The position numbers and the translations under genes are program-made. The notes beneath the pieces are model-generated. The model saw only the letters and a list, made by a program, of their open reading frames with translations. It was not told where the DNA came from and did no database searches. Of a DNA stretch of 64,000 bases, positions 26,031-36,618 are shown in pieces (the stretch's first letter is position 1; the number at the start of each line of letters is the position of its first letter). Origin of the DNA: a virus; IMG/VR virus record IMGVR_UViG_3300017725_000001, positions 1-64,000 of that record. One strand, given 5' to 3'.

Positions 26031-27736
26031 GCATTATTGGCGTAACCTTGAAACTTGTTAATATCAGTATTATAAATCATATCGCCACTTTCAGGTGATG
26101 ATATTTGATTTCTTTCTACTGTTGTCATTGTTGCAAGTTTCATTGGCACCTTTCCTGTTACTTCTACTCTTTGTGTTGCAGTTAGTGATAAGTTATTACC
26201 ACTTGCGAGTACTATGTTGCCTGTACCTGTGACTGTAAAATTATTTGTTGTTACACTTGTAAATGTTGGGTTTGTTGGATAACTTCCACCGCCACCACTT
26301 GACAGTAAATTATTATTATCTGTTAGCTGGCTTAGGTCTGTTGGAATAGTTGGTAAGTTAGTTAGGCTATTATAGTTTCCATCAAATAAGTTTGGTTTAT
26401 TTGTTAAATCTATATAACTGCCTGAAAATAATTGTGTTTGTAAAGCATACGGAGTCAAATCTATCGAAGGTTGATAGTTTGCTAATTCTGTTTGTAATTG
26501 TGTGCTTGTTACATAATTAGATAGTGTTGTTTGTAATTGTGTATTTGTTATTGCACCACTTGCTGAACTTGCTGACGAGCCTGAGCTTGTGCTACCGCCG
26601 CCACCTAAATTTGTTGTTGTAGCAGGTGATGATGTAACTACTGTACCACTTTCAGCTAATCCTGCCAATCCTGGTTGTGTATTAGTTTGTTCTGGATCAC
26701 CTACACTTGTTTCTTGTACTGCTTGAATACTTCTTTGTGTATAGCCTGTTACTCTACCACAATGATCATATATTGGTTGTCTTTCTGCTAGTGCTACTGT
26801 AGGAGCACCGTCGTTTTCTAATTTTGCTAATAGTTCTGGTTCAAGTAGATATGCAAATATATTATTTCCTGCTTCATCTACTTCGTATGCTTTTAAACTG
26901 TTATACAATGATTGTAAATTACTAGCATATTGTTGACTTTTTGCTAGTGTCATATTTTCGTTATCTACTGCTACACCAACATTTGTGTTTACTCTATTTG
27001 TAGGAGCAAATATACTTCCACCTGTTGAACTTGAACCTTTAAAATTATTTTCAAATTCAATTAAGTTTTCCATATCAGTTTTAAAAGCATTTAAATCATC
27101 AATTAATCCTTGTTGAATGTTAGCTGGTAAGTTAGCAAGATTGCCAACTTGATCACCTAGACGTTTTAAGATACCACTCGTAAATAAATTTGGATTAAAT
27201 TTCCCATCAGTTCCTATACAGCCACCTATGTCACCGTCTGCCATAGTTCCTAGTGTGTCAAGTATATCTTTACCTGCTCCTACAAAACTACCCATTGCAT
27301 CTCTAAGAACATTTGGAATAGCACGTGGAACAACTGGTGTACCACAGAAGTTAATCATATTTGCAATGGCCGCAAATTCAGCAACGGCAGAATTTAATCT
27401 ACCTAATGCATTATCAATATTTGTGTGTGCTATAAAATCATCAAGAGCTTTTTCAGCATCTTCTAATGCTCCTCTTAGATCTGCTAGTGCTTCTGGAATT
27501 TCTGGTATTAGTCTACCAAGATTTACTTTTAAACATATTTGTAAATTAGGTAACTTAATTCCGTTACCTGCTAGTAAACTACAAATAATTTCTTTTAAAC
27601 TGTATGCTTGAGTTTGTGCGGTGATTGTGCCATCATTAACATCTACATCAACTTGACCAGTTGGTATGTCAACTTTGGTTCCGTTGATATAATCATTAAA
27701 ATCTTCTAAACCGTCTTTAAAATCACCTACACTCAT
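26012..27736 (-). CDS. Virion structural protein (baseplate/tail-fibre-like)
   Basis: Next to PAAR; FSGSYIDLTNKP/FDGNYNSLTNLP repeats; C-terminal GDMIYNTD..KFQGY...WV fibre motif. Confidence 0.6.
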   Translation of the reverse strand: MSVGDFKDGLEDFNDYINGTKVDIPTGQVDVDVNDGTITAQTQAYSLKEIICSLLAGNGIKLPNLQICLKVNLGRLIPEIPEALADLRGALEDAEKALDDFIAHTNIDNALGRLNSAVAEFAAIANMINFCGTPVVPRAIPNVLRDAMGSFVGAGKDILDTLGTMADGDIGGCIGTDGKFNPNLFTSGILKRLGDQVGNLANLPANIQQGLIDDLNAFKTDMENLIEFENNFKGSSSTGGSIFAPTNRVNTNVGVAVDNENMTLAKSQQYASNLQSLYNSLKAYEVDEAGNNIFAYLLEPELLAKLENDGAPTVALAERQPIYDHCGRVTGYTQRSIQAVQETSVGDPEQTNTQPGLAGLAESGTVVTSSPATTTNLGGGGSTSSGSSASSASGAITNTQLQTTLSNYVTSTQLQTELANYQPSIDLTPYALQTQLFSGSYIDLTNKPNLFDGNYNSLTNLPTIPTDLSQLTDNNNLLSSGGGGSYPTNPTFTSVTTNNFTVTGTGNIVLASGNNLSLTATQRVEVTGKVPMKLATMTTVERNQISSPESGDMIYNTDINKFQGYANNAWVDLN

Positions 27737-27737
27737 T

Positions 27738-27935
27738 TTATTTTGATCCTATGTAGCCTGCAATAATTCCAATCATTCCTGTTAATGACATTTTCATTAA
27801 AGTAATTACTGATTCGTCTACTGGTCTATTTTCTTGCAAGGCAACATAATAGTCACCAATTATAATAACACCTAGTAATGTAAGTACCCCTACAGTTAGA
27901 GCTACTATAACTAGGTCTTTTAAATTCTTAATCAT
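27738..27935 (-). CDS. Small 2-TM protein (holin-like?)
   Basis: 65 aa with two TMs. Confidence 0.45.
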   Translation of the reverse strand: MIKNLKDLVIVALTVGVLTLLGVIIIGDYYVALQENRPVDESVITLMKMSLTGMIGIIAGYIGSK

Positions 27936-27936
27936 G

Positions 27937-28221
27937 TTATTGTCCTATATAAACGTCAGGACTACCACTATCTGATTTTGGATTGCAATGTCCAGGTAAT
28001 GGACAAAATCTATCTGCATCGGAATCGTTTGGAACGACAACAACTAATTTGTTGCCTACAAATACATTTTTGCATTGTGCGTTAAGAGCACCTCCGCCAT
28101 GACTATTTGGATCTCTATCAACACTAATAGGTTGATTATTTACATGAACGTTACTATGTCCTTGTGCTTCTGTTGAGGCACCACATGAACGTTTATCTCC
28201 GTGTCTATGAACTGGTTGCAT
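27937..28221 (-). CDS. PAAR-like baseplate spike tip protein
   Basis: PVHRHGD..SCG, HCNP..DSGSPDVYIG. Confidence 0.8.
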   Translation of the reverse strand: MQPVHRHGDKRSCGASTEAQGHSNVHVNNQPISVDRDPNSHGGGALNAQCKNVFVGNKLVVVVPNDSDADRFCPLPGHCNPKSDSGSPDVYIGQ

Positions 28222-28510
28222 TTGCTACTGTTAATCCTGTACTTTGTTTGATATACATATCACTTGCGTCTTTAGCAGACTTAACTATGCATATAATACT
28301 ATTTATCTTTAATTTGATCTTAGTATCTGGACTAACGGTAAACATATAAGGCGCTAAGGCCATGCCGTTTTGAGCGGCAACAAGTATGTAAGGTTTAGCT
28401 AACGTAACTGTTTCATCAGTTTCTGTATCTAATCTTGCAATCATTTCTTCACCAGAAGAAAGTTTAATACTTACTACATCACCTACTTGGTATTGTGTTT
28501 CTATTAACAT
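28205..28510 (-). CDS. Conserved hypothetical protein (Sm-like beta fold?)
   Basis: GDVVSIKLSSGEEMIARL pattern. Confidence 0.6.
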   Translation of the reverse strand: MLIETQYQVGDVVSIKLSSGEEMIARLDTETDETVTLAKPYILVAAQNGMALAPYMFTVSPDTKIKLKINSIICIVKSAKDASDMYIKQSTGLTVANATSS

Positions 28511-28513
28511 ATA

Positions 28514-28768
28514 TTATCCTGTTGATTCACCAGTTCCATTAAAACCAGTGTCTTCAATGTATTTTAGAAACTGATCATATCCACCAACTACTTTACCATA
28601 TACTTTAATTTGTGGAAATGTTCTAGCTTCAGGGAAGTTTTCAAAAACTTGCTCCCTATTGAAATCTACGCCTAACTGTTTATAGACGAATTCAAATTTT
28701 CTTGATTCACATAATCTTTTTGCGGCATCGCAATAACCACATTGTGGTTTACCCCATATCTCTATCAT
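28514..28768 (-). CDS. Glutaredoxin
   Basis: CGYC, TFPQI, GGY. Confidence 0.9.
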   Translation of the reverse strand: MIEIWGKPQCGYCDAAKRLCESRKFEFVYKQLGVDFNREQVFENFPEARTFPQIKVYGKVVGGYDQFLKYIEDTGFNGTGESTG

Positions 28769-29895
28769 TATAAACTCATTCCTTCAAAGGTGTCTTCACC
28801 TACATCTTTTTTAACACCACCAATAACGTAACTACTAATTTCTGTTTCTTGTGGTGCAACTTGAACCTCTGCTCCTGCTATCCATTTTTGTGTCCAAGGT
28901 AACGGGTTAGCTTGGCCAGGACTATAAGGACACTTCATACCTAAAGCTGTCATACGTTTACAACAAATCCATTCAATATAATCTTGTAATAATTTTGAAT
29001 TAAGACCAATCATTGATCCATCTTTAAACAGATAATCTGCCCATGCTTTTTCTTGATCAACTGCGTCTATAAACATTTTTGTAACTTCATCTTCGCATTC
29101 TACTCTAATTTTTTCAAAGTCTGGATCTTCTTTTGGCAATACTTTTGTTAATGCATATTGCGTACTTGCTAGGTGAACATTCTCATCACGTGCAATAAAC
29201 TTAATAATCTTTGCATTACCTTCCATTTTCTTAAGCTCAGCAAACGCCCAACTACAAGCAAATGAAACATAGAATCTAACACCTTCTAAAATGTTAACAC
29301 TATTTAAAGTTAACCATAATTTTTTCTTTAAGTCATACAGATCAACATTAACTTCTTTTCCGTTTACTTTATGCTTACCTGTTCCTAACAAATTATAATA
29401 ACTTGTTAGTTCAATTAAATCATCATAGTATTTAGAAATATCACCTGCACAATCAACTATCTCTTTACTGTCAGTTAGCTCATCAAAAACTTTAGTAGGA
29501 TCAGCATATACATTTCTAATAATATGAGTATAGCTTCTACTGTGAATTGTTTCTGAGAATGTCCAAGTAATAATCCAATTTTCTAATTCTGGTAAACTAA
29601 CGATAGGACTAAATGCTTCATTAGGAGCTCTACCTTGAACACTATCTAAAAGAATTTGACGTTTTAGATTACTTGTAAAAATATGTTGTTCATGCTCTGT
29701 AAGATCTTTAAAGTCTTTTGCATCTTTACTTACATCAACTTCTTCAGGTCTCCAAAAGAAACCTAATTGTTTATCAGTCAATTTATCAAACTGTTTATAT
29801 TTTAAAGTATCGTATCTTTGAAATCCTAAATCACCATCTAAAAAAGCATTTGCTTCTGTATGATATTTTTCATTCTTAATATTAATAACGCCCAT
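28768..29895 (-). CDS. nrdB: Ribonucleotide reductase class Ia beta subunit
   Basis: FFWRPEE, LLDSVQG, ETIHSRSY, LEGVRFY, DENVH, QETEISSY. Confidence 0.96.
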   Translation of the reverse strand: MGVINIKNEKYHTEANAFLDGDLGFQRYDTLKYKQFDKLTDKQLGFFWRPEEVDVSKDAKDFKDLTEHEQHIFTSNLKRQILLDSVQGRAPNEAFSPIVSLPELENWIITWTFSETIHSRSYTHIIRNVYADPTKVFDELTDSKEIVDCAGDISKYYDDLIELTSYYNLLGTGKHKVNGKEVNVDLYDLKKKLWLTLNSVNILEGVRFYVSFACSWAFAELKKMEGNAKIIKFIARDENVHLASTQYALTKVLPKEDPDFEKIRVECEDEVTKMFIDAVDQEKAWADYLFKDGSMIGLNSKLLQDYIEWICCKRMTALGMKCPYSPGQANPLPWTQKWIAGAEVQVAPQETEISSYVIGGVKKDVGEDTFEGMSL

Positions 29896-29908
29896 TTTAT
29901 TCCCTCTA

Positions 29909-32230
29909 CTAAATTACGCAACTTTCACAATAGTCGTCGTACTGTTCATCTGATTCAAAGTCTTCACGGCCTTTAAGTGGTTTGCTTTTAAATTCAATCT
30001 CACCTTGACCATCATATGTATTAAAATAATACAACTGTTTACCACCGTACTTGTAAAACATTACAAGATGTTGTAGCATAACACTTAATGGAATCTTCTC
30101 GTCTGGAAAAAACTCCGGGTTATAACTTGTATTTACCGATATGCCCTGATCAATATACTTCTGGAGAACGGCCATAATCTTTAAATAACCTTCTGGACTT
30201 TTTTGAGTCCATAGTAGATCATATTTATTCTTTAGACGTGCATATCCAGGTACAACCTGTTTCAAAACACCATGTTTTGATTGCTTTACACTTACAAATG
30301 CACGTGGTGGCTCAATACCGTTAGTACTATTGCTTATTTGTGCTGACGTTTCAGCAGGCATAAGAGCCATTAATGTACTGTTACGAATACCACTATTTCT
30401 TAATCTTTCACGTAGTTCTTCCCAAGGCATACGTTCTTTGTGTGGTACTAGTTCATCTAATTCTTTTTTGTATGTCATATTAGGTGTAATACCATCACCG
30501 TATCTTGTTTCACCTGTACCAGTTATTGGTCCATATTCTTCTGCAAGTTCTACACTTGCTTCTATTAAGTAATAACTCCAAGCTTCTGCCCATTCGTCTA
30601 CTTTAGCTAATCCACGTTTGCCAATATTCTGATATGTTAAATCATTTTTTGCTAACCAATATGCAAAGTTAATAATACCTATACCTAATGGTCTACGTTT
30701 CATTGTGCTTAATTCTGCCGCTAATACTGGATATTGTTGATAGTCTAATAATGCATCTAATCCACGTACTGCTAATTTACAAACTTTTTTAAACTTACTA
30801 GGTTCACTAATATTTCCCCAATTGATTGCACTTAACGTACATAAACTAATTTCACCTTCTTTGTCTCTAACACTATACAAAGGTTTAGTAGGTAAATTAA
30901 TTTCACAACATAAGTTACTTTGTTTAATAGGTGCTAGTTCAGGCTTGAACGAACCATGCGAATTAGCATGATCTACATTCATCAAATAAACTCTTCCTGT
31001 ATTTTTACGTTCTTCCATAAACATTCCAAATAACTCAGATGCTTTAAGAACTTTTTTTCTAATTCCAGTTTTCTTTTCAGCTTTCTCATATATTTCTTTA
31101 AACTTATCTTGATCAGCAAAAAATGCATCATATAAGCCTGGAACATCTGCAGGTGAGAAAAGTGTAATATTACCATTTGTAAGTAAACGTTCATACATTA
31201 ATTTATTAAACTGTACGCCATAATCCATATGTCTTACACGATTATCTTCTGTACCTTTATTATTTTTAAGTACAAGCAAGTCTTCAACTTCTAAGTGCCA
31301 AATAGGATAGTATAACGTAGCCGCTCCACCACGAACACCACCTTGACTACATGACTTGACTGAACTTTGAAATAATTTATAAAAAGGAATAACACCTGTA
31401 TGTGTTGCATCACCGTTTCTAATTTTTGAACCAATGGCACGAATAGAACCACCGCCAATACCAATACCTGCTTTCTGTGAAACATATTTTACAATAGCAG
31501 ATGATGTAGCATTAATACTATCTAAATCGTCATCAGTTTCTACTAGAACGCAAGAAGAGAATTGTCTTTGTGGTGTACGTACACCTGCCATTACTGGCGT
31601 AGGCAAACTAATATCAAAATTACTAATTGCGTCATAGTAATCTTTAACCCATTTCATTCTTTCTTCTTTTGGATATTGACTAAACAATGTTGCTGAAATC
31701 ATCATATAACATACTTGTGGTGTTTCAAATATTTCACCTGTTGCTCTATTTTGTACTAGATACTTTCCACGAAATTGTTCCATGGCCGCATATGTCATAT
31801 CTTCATCACGTTCATGTTTAATAAACTCTTCCATTTGATTAATTTCATTTTCATCATAAGCAGAAAAAAATTCTGGATCATATAAACCACGATCAACATT
31901 CATACGAGCTATCTCTCGTAAATGTGGTGGTTCAAATTTATCATAAACTTTTTTACGTAAATGGTAGTTAATAAGTCTACCAGCTACCCATTGATAATTT
32001 GGTGTTTCTTCTGATATAAGATCAGCCGCCGCTTTAATTAATGTTTCTTGAATATCTGCACTCTCAATTCCATTATAAAATTGTAAGTGACTTTTAATTT
32101 CTACTTCACTAGCACTTACACCTGTAATATTTTCGCAGGCGTAAAATACAACCTTATGCATCTTCTCAAGGTCAAGTTCTTCTTCTGTACCATCTCTTTT
32201 TTTGATTATTGTTTTTATTGCTGTCATCAT
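29909..32230 (-). CDS. nrdA: Ribonucleotide reductase class Ia alpha subunit
   Basis: ATP cone (KRDG), PTP, SSC, SNLCCEI, LYY, C-terminal CESC. Confidence 0.96.
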   Translation of the reverse strand: MMTAIKTIIKKRDGTEEELDLEKMHKVVFYACENITGVSASEVEIKSHLQFYNGIESADIQETLIKAAADLISEETPNYQWVAGRLINYHLRKKVYDKFEPPHLREIARMNVDRGLYDPEFFSAYDENEINQMEEFIKHERDEDMTYAAMEQFRGKYLVQNRATGEIFETPQVCYMMISATLFSQYPKEERMKWVKDYYDAISNFDISLPTPVMAGVRTPQRQFSSCVLVETDDDLDSINATSSAIVKYVSQKAGIGIGGGSIRAIGSKIRNGDATHTGVIPFYKLFQSSVKSCSQGGVRGGAATLYYPIWHLEVEDLLVLKNNKGTEDNRVRHMDYGVQFNKLMYERLLTNGNITLFSPADVPGLYDAFFADQDKFKEIYEKAEKKTGIRKKVLKASELFGMFMEERKNTGRVYLMNVDHANSHGSFKPELAPIKQSNLCCEINLPTKPLYSVRDKEGEISLCTLSAINWGNISEPSKFKKVCKLAVRGLDALLDYQQYPVLAAELSTMKRRPLGIGIINFAYWLAKNDLTYQNIGKRGLAKVDEWAEAWSYYLIEASVELAEEYGPITGTGETRYGDGITPNMTYKKELDELVPHKERMPWEELRERLRNSGIRNSTLMALMPAETSAQISNSTNGIEPPRAFVSVKQSKHGVLKQVVPGYARLKNKYDLLWTQKSPEGYLKIMAVLQKYIDQGISVNTSYNPEFFPDEKIPLSVMLQHLVMFYKYGGKQLYYFNTYDGQGEIEFKSKPLKGREDFESDEQYDDYCESCVI

Positions 32231-32282
32231 TGTCCTAAATCTCAAATAGTCTTGTATTTACATCGGCTGTAGCTATAGATAA

Positions 32283-32720
32283 CTATTTGCTTAATGTACT
32301 AACATCAATATCTTTTAAAACTTCTAGTTCTTTGTCTATAATGTCAGTGGTGTCTATATTGTTATAATTATAGTTTAAAACGTACTTGTTGTCAACTAAA
32401 ACTATTAACTTTATATCATTTTTTTCCACAGTTTGTACAAGCAATATTCTACAGGCTATATTACTATAGTGTAACGTGTATGCCATACCCAACGACACAA
32501 CATTTTCGTCGTAATCATTCTGATGTAGCATTTCCCAAGGTGTACTCCATGTTGACTCATCAAATGGATCAACTTTTCTAGTACCTACTGGTGTTGTATT
32601 CCAAAAGTCTAAAACAACTTGTAATTGTTCTAAAATATTGGAAACACCACAAATCCGTTTCCTTAATTCACGCCACCTTTGAATTCTTTGTCTAGGAGGC
32701 AATTGCCATACTTCGTCCAT
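32283..32720 (-). CDS. Conserved hypothetical protein
   Basis: 145-aa ORF; DP...W.TPWE motif. Confidence 0.6.
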   Translation of the reverse strand: MDEVWQLPPRQRIQRWRELRKRICGVSNILEQLQVVLDFWNTTPVGTRKVDPFDESTWSTPWEMLHQNDYDENVVSLGMAYTLHYSNIACRILLVQTVEKNDIKLIVLVDNKYVLNYNYNNIDTTDIIDKELEVLKDIDVSTLSK

Positions 32721-32724
32721 TTAT

Positions 32725-33480
32725 TTAAAATGATTTTTGTACGTATTTTAATGTGTGTACGGTATCAAGATCTGTAGTATCAAACATTAAACTAAATTTG
32801 TCTGTACTATTATGTGAAAGACTAAAGACTAAAGGCATTGCGCCATTGCTGATGTCATATACGTCTTTGATTGAGCTTGTTGTAGGAACGCCAGCATTGT
32901 CATCAATTAGGATTGATAACTGTCCGTGTCTTGAAGCTGACGTTGTTGTTAAACTATAATCAATAGTAATCTTATCTTTATTTGCACAAATAAATTCAAT
33001 TCCTGATTCTTTAGGTCCTGCAGAATCTGCTGTCAGTTTGTTTAGACTTTGAGACTGTACTGGATTTGGGAATGCTTCTGCATGGTAGCCAACTTCTTTA
33101 TTATAGTAAAGTTCAAAAACTGTACTAGATGTAGGAGTTGAAGATAAGCCATGCGAGAATGATGCAACTGCATCCTTGAATGTTATGTTATTACCTGTTA
33201 TAGAAATATTATCACTTGCTGGGTTAACTGTGATTCCATAAGTATACTGATCTAAATTAGCGATTAAATCTAAATCAATAGGATCGCCGTTTGCTGAAGT
33301 AAATTCTACTTTAGCTGTCGTTGCATCACTATTACTTACTTGGCAAGTTCCATTTACTGAAGCTTGTCCTATGAATAATCTTTGAATGTCTTGTGCAAGT
33401 CCAAATTCACCTGGTAGTAATTTTGGCAAATCTGCCAAATTACCTTTTCTAACTGTCATTCTAGCTGTCGTTGTTGTCAT
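32725..33480 (-). CDS. Virion structural protein (fibre N-terminal-like domain)
   Basis: RKG..ADLP.L.PGEFG.A.D..RLFIG; late box at 33502-33509. Confidence 0.65.
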   Translation of the reverse strand: MTTTTARMTVRKGNLADLPKLLPGEFGLAQDIQRLFIGQASVNGTCQVSNSDATTAKVEFTSANGDPIDLDLIANLDQYTYGITVNPASDNISITGNNITFKDAVASFSHGLSSTPTSSTVFELYYNKEVGYHAEAFPNPVQSQSLNKLTADSAGPKESGIEFICANKDKITIDYSLTTTSASRHGQLSILIDDNAGVPTTSSIKDVYDISNGAMPLVFSLSHNSTDKFSLMFDTTDLDTVHTLKYVQKSF

Positions 33481-33510
33481 TGTTTATTCCTTAATATAAT
33501 GTATTTATCT

Positions 33511-34191
33511 TTATAGATTATAAAATTGTTCTAAACGTTCGGCCCATTTAAGTTCCCATTGTTTAAATTCTGTACTATCTGCTTCAAATAATTGAAACTC
33601 ACCTGCTCTACTGCACATAAAAACAGCTATGTTTGATATGTTTGTTCCATACATTTCATTGTGGGCGTTTGCATAGGCCGCTCCTTGTAGGAAATAATCA
33701 TCAATCCATTCACGTTTTTTAGGTTTATTGGTCTGTTTAAAGTCCATGATAGTTTGTTTACCTTTATATACTCCAACTAAATCTGTTGTACCTGCATATA
33801 AATCTTTTGCTACTAAATTAACCTCTGATCCCCACACTTCGCTAATATCAGGTTCCACATTGTCTATTACAACTTGTGCCATACCTTTTGCTTGTTTATG
33901 GACCATATTGTTTCCTGGATTGTATTCTTCATTTTTAAACCATTTTTCTAATATATTATGCATTACAGATCCAACATTAGATGCTTCAGTTACAATACGT
34001 TGTGCTTCAGCATCTCCTACACGTTTTTTCCATCTAGCCAATCCTGCTTTTTTATCTGCTGATTGGGTTGCACTTAAAATAGTGGTTACACTTGGAACAG
34101 GATCGCCCCAAGGATTCTCATATAGACGTTTCCCGTCTACTGAGGTTCTTTTAAATTCTTTATAATCATAAGGGGATTTTATTTTTAACAT
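33511..34191 (-). CDS. PD-(D/E)xK exonuclease (Cas4-like fold)
   Basis: PSVTTIL, GSVMH, E, AGTTD, DFKQT, LQGAAY; start at the second ATG, as predicted by the promoter. Confidence 0.85.
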   Translation of the reverse strand: MLKIKSPYDYKEFKRTSVDGKRLYENPWGDPVPSVTTILSATQSADKKAGLARWKKRVGDAEAQRIVTEASNVGSVMHNILEKWFKNEEYNPGNNMVHKQAKGMAQVVIDNVEPDISEVWGSEVNLVAKDLYAGTTDLVGVYKGKQTIMDFKQTNKPKKREWIDDYFLQGAAYANAHNEMYGTNISNIAVFMCSRAGEFQLFEADSTEFKQWELKWAERLEQFYNL

Positions 34192-34197
34192 ACTCAT

Positions 34198-34226
34198 AGT
34201 ATATGTGCCTTCTATAGAAATGTCAA
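34198..34226 (-). promoter_or_regulatory. sigma70 promoter giving a leaderless mRNA
   Basis: TTGACA-N17-TATACT-N6-ATG(34191). Confidence 0.75.
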
Positions 34227-34249
34227 TGAGTTATTTGAGATTTTGTTGA

Positions 34250-34867
34250 TTACCAATATACATACCATTTAAAAGTTTTACTGGTATTAGTATTAGTTAG
34301 TCTTTCTATTTTGTATCCTAGGTTTTGAAAATATTTAATTACTTGTTCCATTTGATTTGTTAGTCCACGATCAGTGGCAGTACCTTGCCAAATATTAAAA
34401 TAATCAACACTTGTAGGATTAGATATACTGTATACACCTGCTACAAATCCTAGAGCTGTATTTGCAGTTCCTGCACCTATCTCATATGACCAAGTTGAAC
34501 CTTGTGGCTCAGTTATAGTAAGTATCAAGTAATTACTATCCTTTGAAGCCGTTAAACCTGCAACTCCTGCATCGTTGATATCTGCTACTATTGCGTTTAA
34601 TGATGTTCCTGTAGTGCCTAATGTTATTGTATTATTATCAAAAATTAAAGTGTCACCTACTGTTATTGTTGGATTTAGTGCAGTTCCTATTTTTTGAACA
34701 CTTGGCGTAGCTTCTGTCATTGTTGTAGTATCATCTACATATGCTTCAAAATTACCTAATGCACTCTGTGAAATAATTTCTTTCATTATTTCTTGTGTTT
34801 CAGTAAACACAATCATATCTTGTGATGCTTTTGATCTAGCTTGTGCCGCGTTTAGTCCTACACTCAT
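34250..34867 (-). CDS. Virion structural protein (putative)
   Basis: Thr/Gly-rich insert resembling sheath/flagellin-like domains; late gene cluster. Confidence 0.55.
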   Translation of the reverse strand: MSVGLNAAQARSKASQDMIVFTETQEIMKEIISQSALGNFEAYVDDTTTMTEATPSVQKIGTALNPTITVGDTLIFDNNTITLGTTGTSLNAIVADINDAGVAGLTASKDSNYLILTITEPQGSTWSYEIGAGTANTALGFVAGVYSISNPTSVDYFNIWQGTATDRGLTNQMEQVIKYFQNLGYKIERLTNTNTSKTFKWYVYW

Positions 34868-35193
34868 TTGTTTAACTCTTTTTTAACTTGCTTCTTAGCC
34901 ATATTAGTTACGGTCTTATCTGCTTTTTCGGGGTCAACCTTGTTTAAATTACTAGCATCAAGACTTGAAGTATTAAAATAAACCATTCCATCTTTTATAT
35001 TATTAACTATAGGTAAATTTGATATCTCATCAAATAATGATTCGTTATCAGCATCAACACCCATAGCTTTAAGTTCTTTAACTAAAGATTCTAGAGGAAT
35101 ACTATCTACACCTTCACTACTTAGAATTGAGAGTAGATCAATAACTTTTGAATCTACTTCAGAATTTAATTCGAAGAGTTGAGAGTACCTCAC
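34864..35193 (-). CDS. Hypothetical head-associated protein
   Basis: N-terminus MRYSQLFE. Confidence 0.55.
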   Translation of the reverse strand: MRYSQLFELNSEVDSKVIDLLSILSSEGVDSIPLESLVKELKAMGVDADNESLFDEISNLPIVNNIKDGMVYFNTSSLDASNLNKVDPEKADKTVTNMAKKQVKKELNK

Positions 35194-35198
35194 GTTAA

Positions 35199-35966
35199 TT
35201 ACCTCTTTAGTTCCGCAAATGCTTTTTTAAGAACGTCTTTGCTAATTTTACCTTCTGATTGTGCTTCTTTAACCATCTTGATTGCTTTTAGGTAAGGATC
35301 AACTGATTCTTCTTTCATCTCTCTACCTTCAGCATCTGACTCTGCACTAGCGGCATCAGCACCTTCAAAATCATCACCAGCTGGTTCTTCAGCAGGTGCA
35401 TCAATTGCATCCATATCCATAGGTGCTTCAGGTGCAGGCTCCATACTCATATCTGTTGCTGGTGCTTGACCTTGTGCTACTAATACTGCGTTACTTACAT
35501 CATCATTGGCTTTTTTAACTGCATCAAGAGCTGTACCAATTGCCATTTCAGCACTCTGTGAGAATGCTTCAGCTTCAGCAGTACCAACTTCTTCTTTCAT
35601 TGCGTTAGTAATACTCATTAGTTCTTCTACTTGCATACTTGCTAAATTTTCAGCCATTTTTTGTAAGTCGTCAGCCATTTGTTTTGCGGCTAGAAGTACT
35701 TCAGCTTGGTCCAATTCGCTTTCCATTACTGGTTTATTTGACATAGCTTCTTTTATACCTTCTAATACTAACAATAACTTCTGATATTGTTTGTCATTTA
35801 CTGCGATACCATTATCACGTAATGACTTGATTTTAGATTCTGTAAATGTCTTAACTTTTTGTAGTTTGGCACCGTCTGCACCAAAGTTAAAGTTAACACC
35901 AAATACTTCTTTTAGAACTGAATCTAATTTCGTTATTTTGTTTACTTCTAAATTTTTTAAATCCAT
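35199..35966 (-). CDS. Putative head scaffold/internal protein
   Basis: Helical and acidic; VME/MKE cleavage-like sites; late box at 36001-36008. Confidence 0.55.
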   Translation of the reverse strand: MDLKNLEVNKITKLDSVLKEVFGVNFNFGADGAKLQKVKTFTESKIKSLRDNGIAVNDKQYQKLLLVLEGIKEAMSNKPVMESELDQAEVLLAAKQMADDLQKMAENLASMQVEELMSITNAMKEEVGTAEAEAFSQSAEMAIGTALDAVKKANDDVSNAVLVAQGQAPATDMSMEPAPEAPMDMDAIDAPAEEPAGDDFEGADAASAESDAEGREMKEESVDPYLKAIKMVKEAQSEGKISKDVLKKAFAELKR

Positions 35967-36009
35967 AATTTGACCCCTTCAGGTTTTTCTTAATATATTG
36001 TATTTATGC

Positions 36010-36618
36010 TTATAGGCAGGATTTGATCTGTTTTTTGGCTTCGTTCATCTTCTGAACCGCTTGACCTTGCTTGGCCATTGCTAAATCTAGCTTAAATCCT
36101 TCACTTACTTTGGATTTTTGCTTGTAAAACGCCGCTTCAGCTAGTTGACTACCATAACGTACATCTAAATCAAGTAATTGTTTAATATTACTTGTCTTGC
36201 CATGCATCATACCTTTTACTATTCCCATTGCCGTTTCAAATAATGCAATTTGTTCGTGCAATACTTTACCATCTTCCTTGATAGTATAAAACATCTTTTT
36301 AATACCTGGAACAACTTGTTCTTTGTCCATAGTGATCTCATATTCTGCAATCTTTACACTATTTCCTTGCTTTGTTGCTACAGCCATTGTAGGATCTTCA
36401 TATGTTTCTTCTACTGCTTCTTTAGCCACTTGTGTTGTAGCTTCGTCTAGTTTTTGCAGTATGTCATACATACCTTTAGCATTTTTGCTAACACTATTCA
36501 ACAAATTTGCTTTTAATTCTGGATTGCTTTTTTGTTCAGTTTCTGTAGGAACTTTTGAACTCTCATTTAACTTTTGAATAAGTTCTTTCATTCCTTTTGT
36601 TTCTTCGTGTGTTGGCAT
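36010..36618 (-). CDS. Hypothetical head-associated protein
   Basis: LNE/VEE/VSE motifs; late cluster. Confidence 0.55.
   Translation of the reverse strand: MPTHEETKGMKELIQKLNESSKVPTETEQKSNPELKANLLNSVSKNAKGMYDILQKLDEATTQVAKEAVEETYEDPTMAVATKQGNSVKIAEYEITMDKEQVVPGIKKMFYTIKEDGKVLHEQIALFETAMGIVKGMMHGKTSNIKQLLDLDVRYGSQLAEAAFYKQKSKVSEGFKLDLAMAKQGQAVQKMNEAKKQIKSCL

Noticed and set aside
30982-31485. Short minus-strand ORFs inside nrdA
   Set aside because: Alternative-frame overlaps with no independent support.
33511-34191. Cas4 as part of a CRISPR system
   Set aside because: Standalone phage PD-(D/E)xK exonuclease with no Fe-S cysteine set and no cas neighbours.
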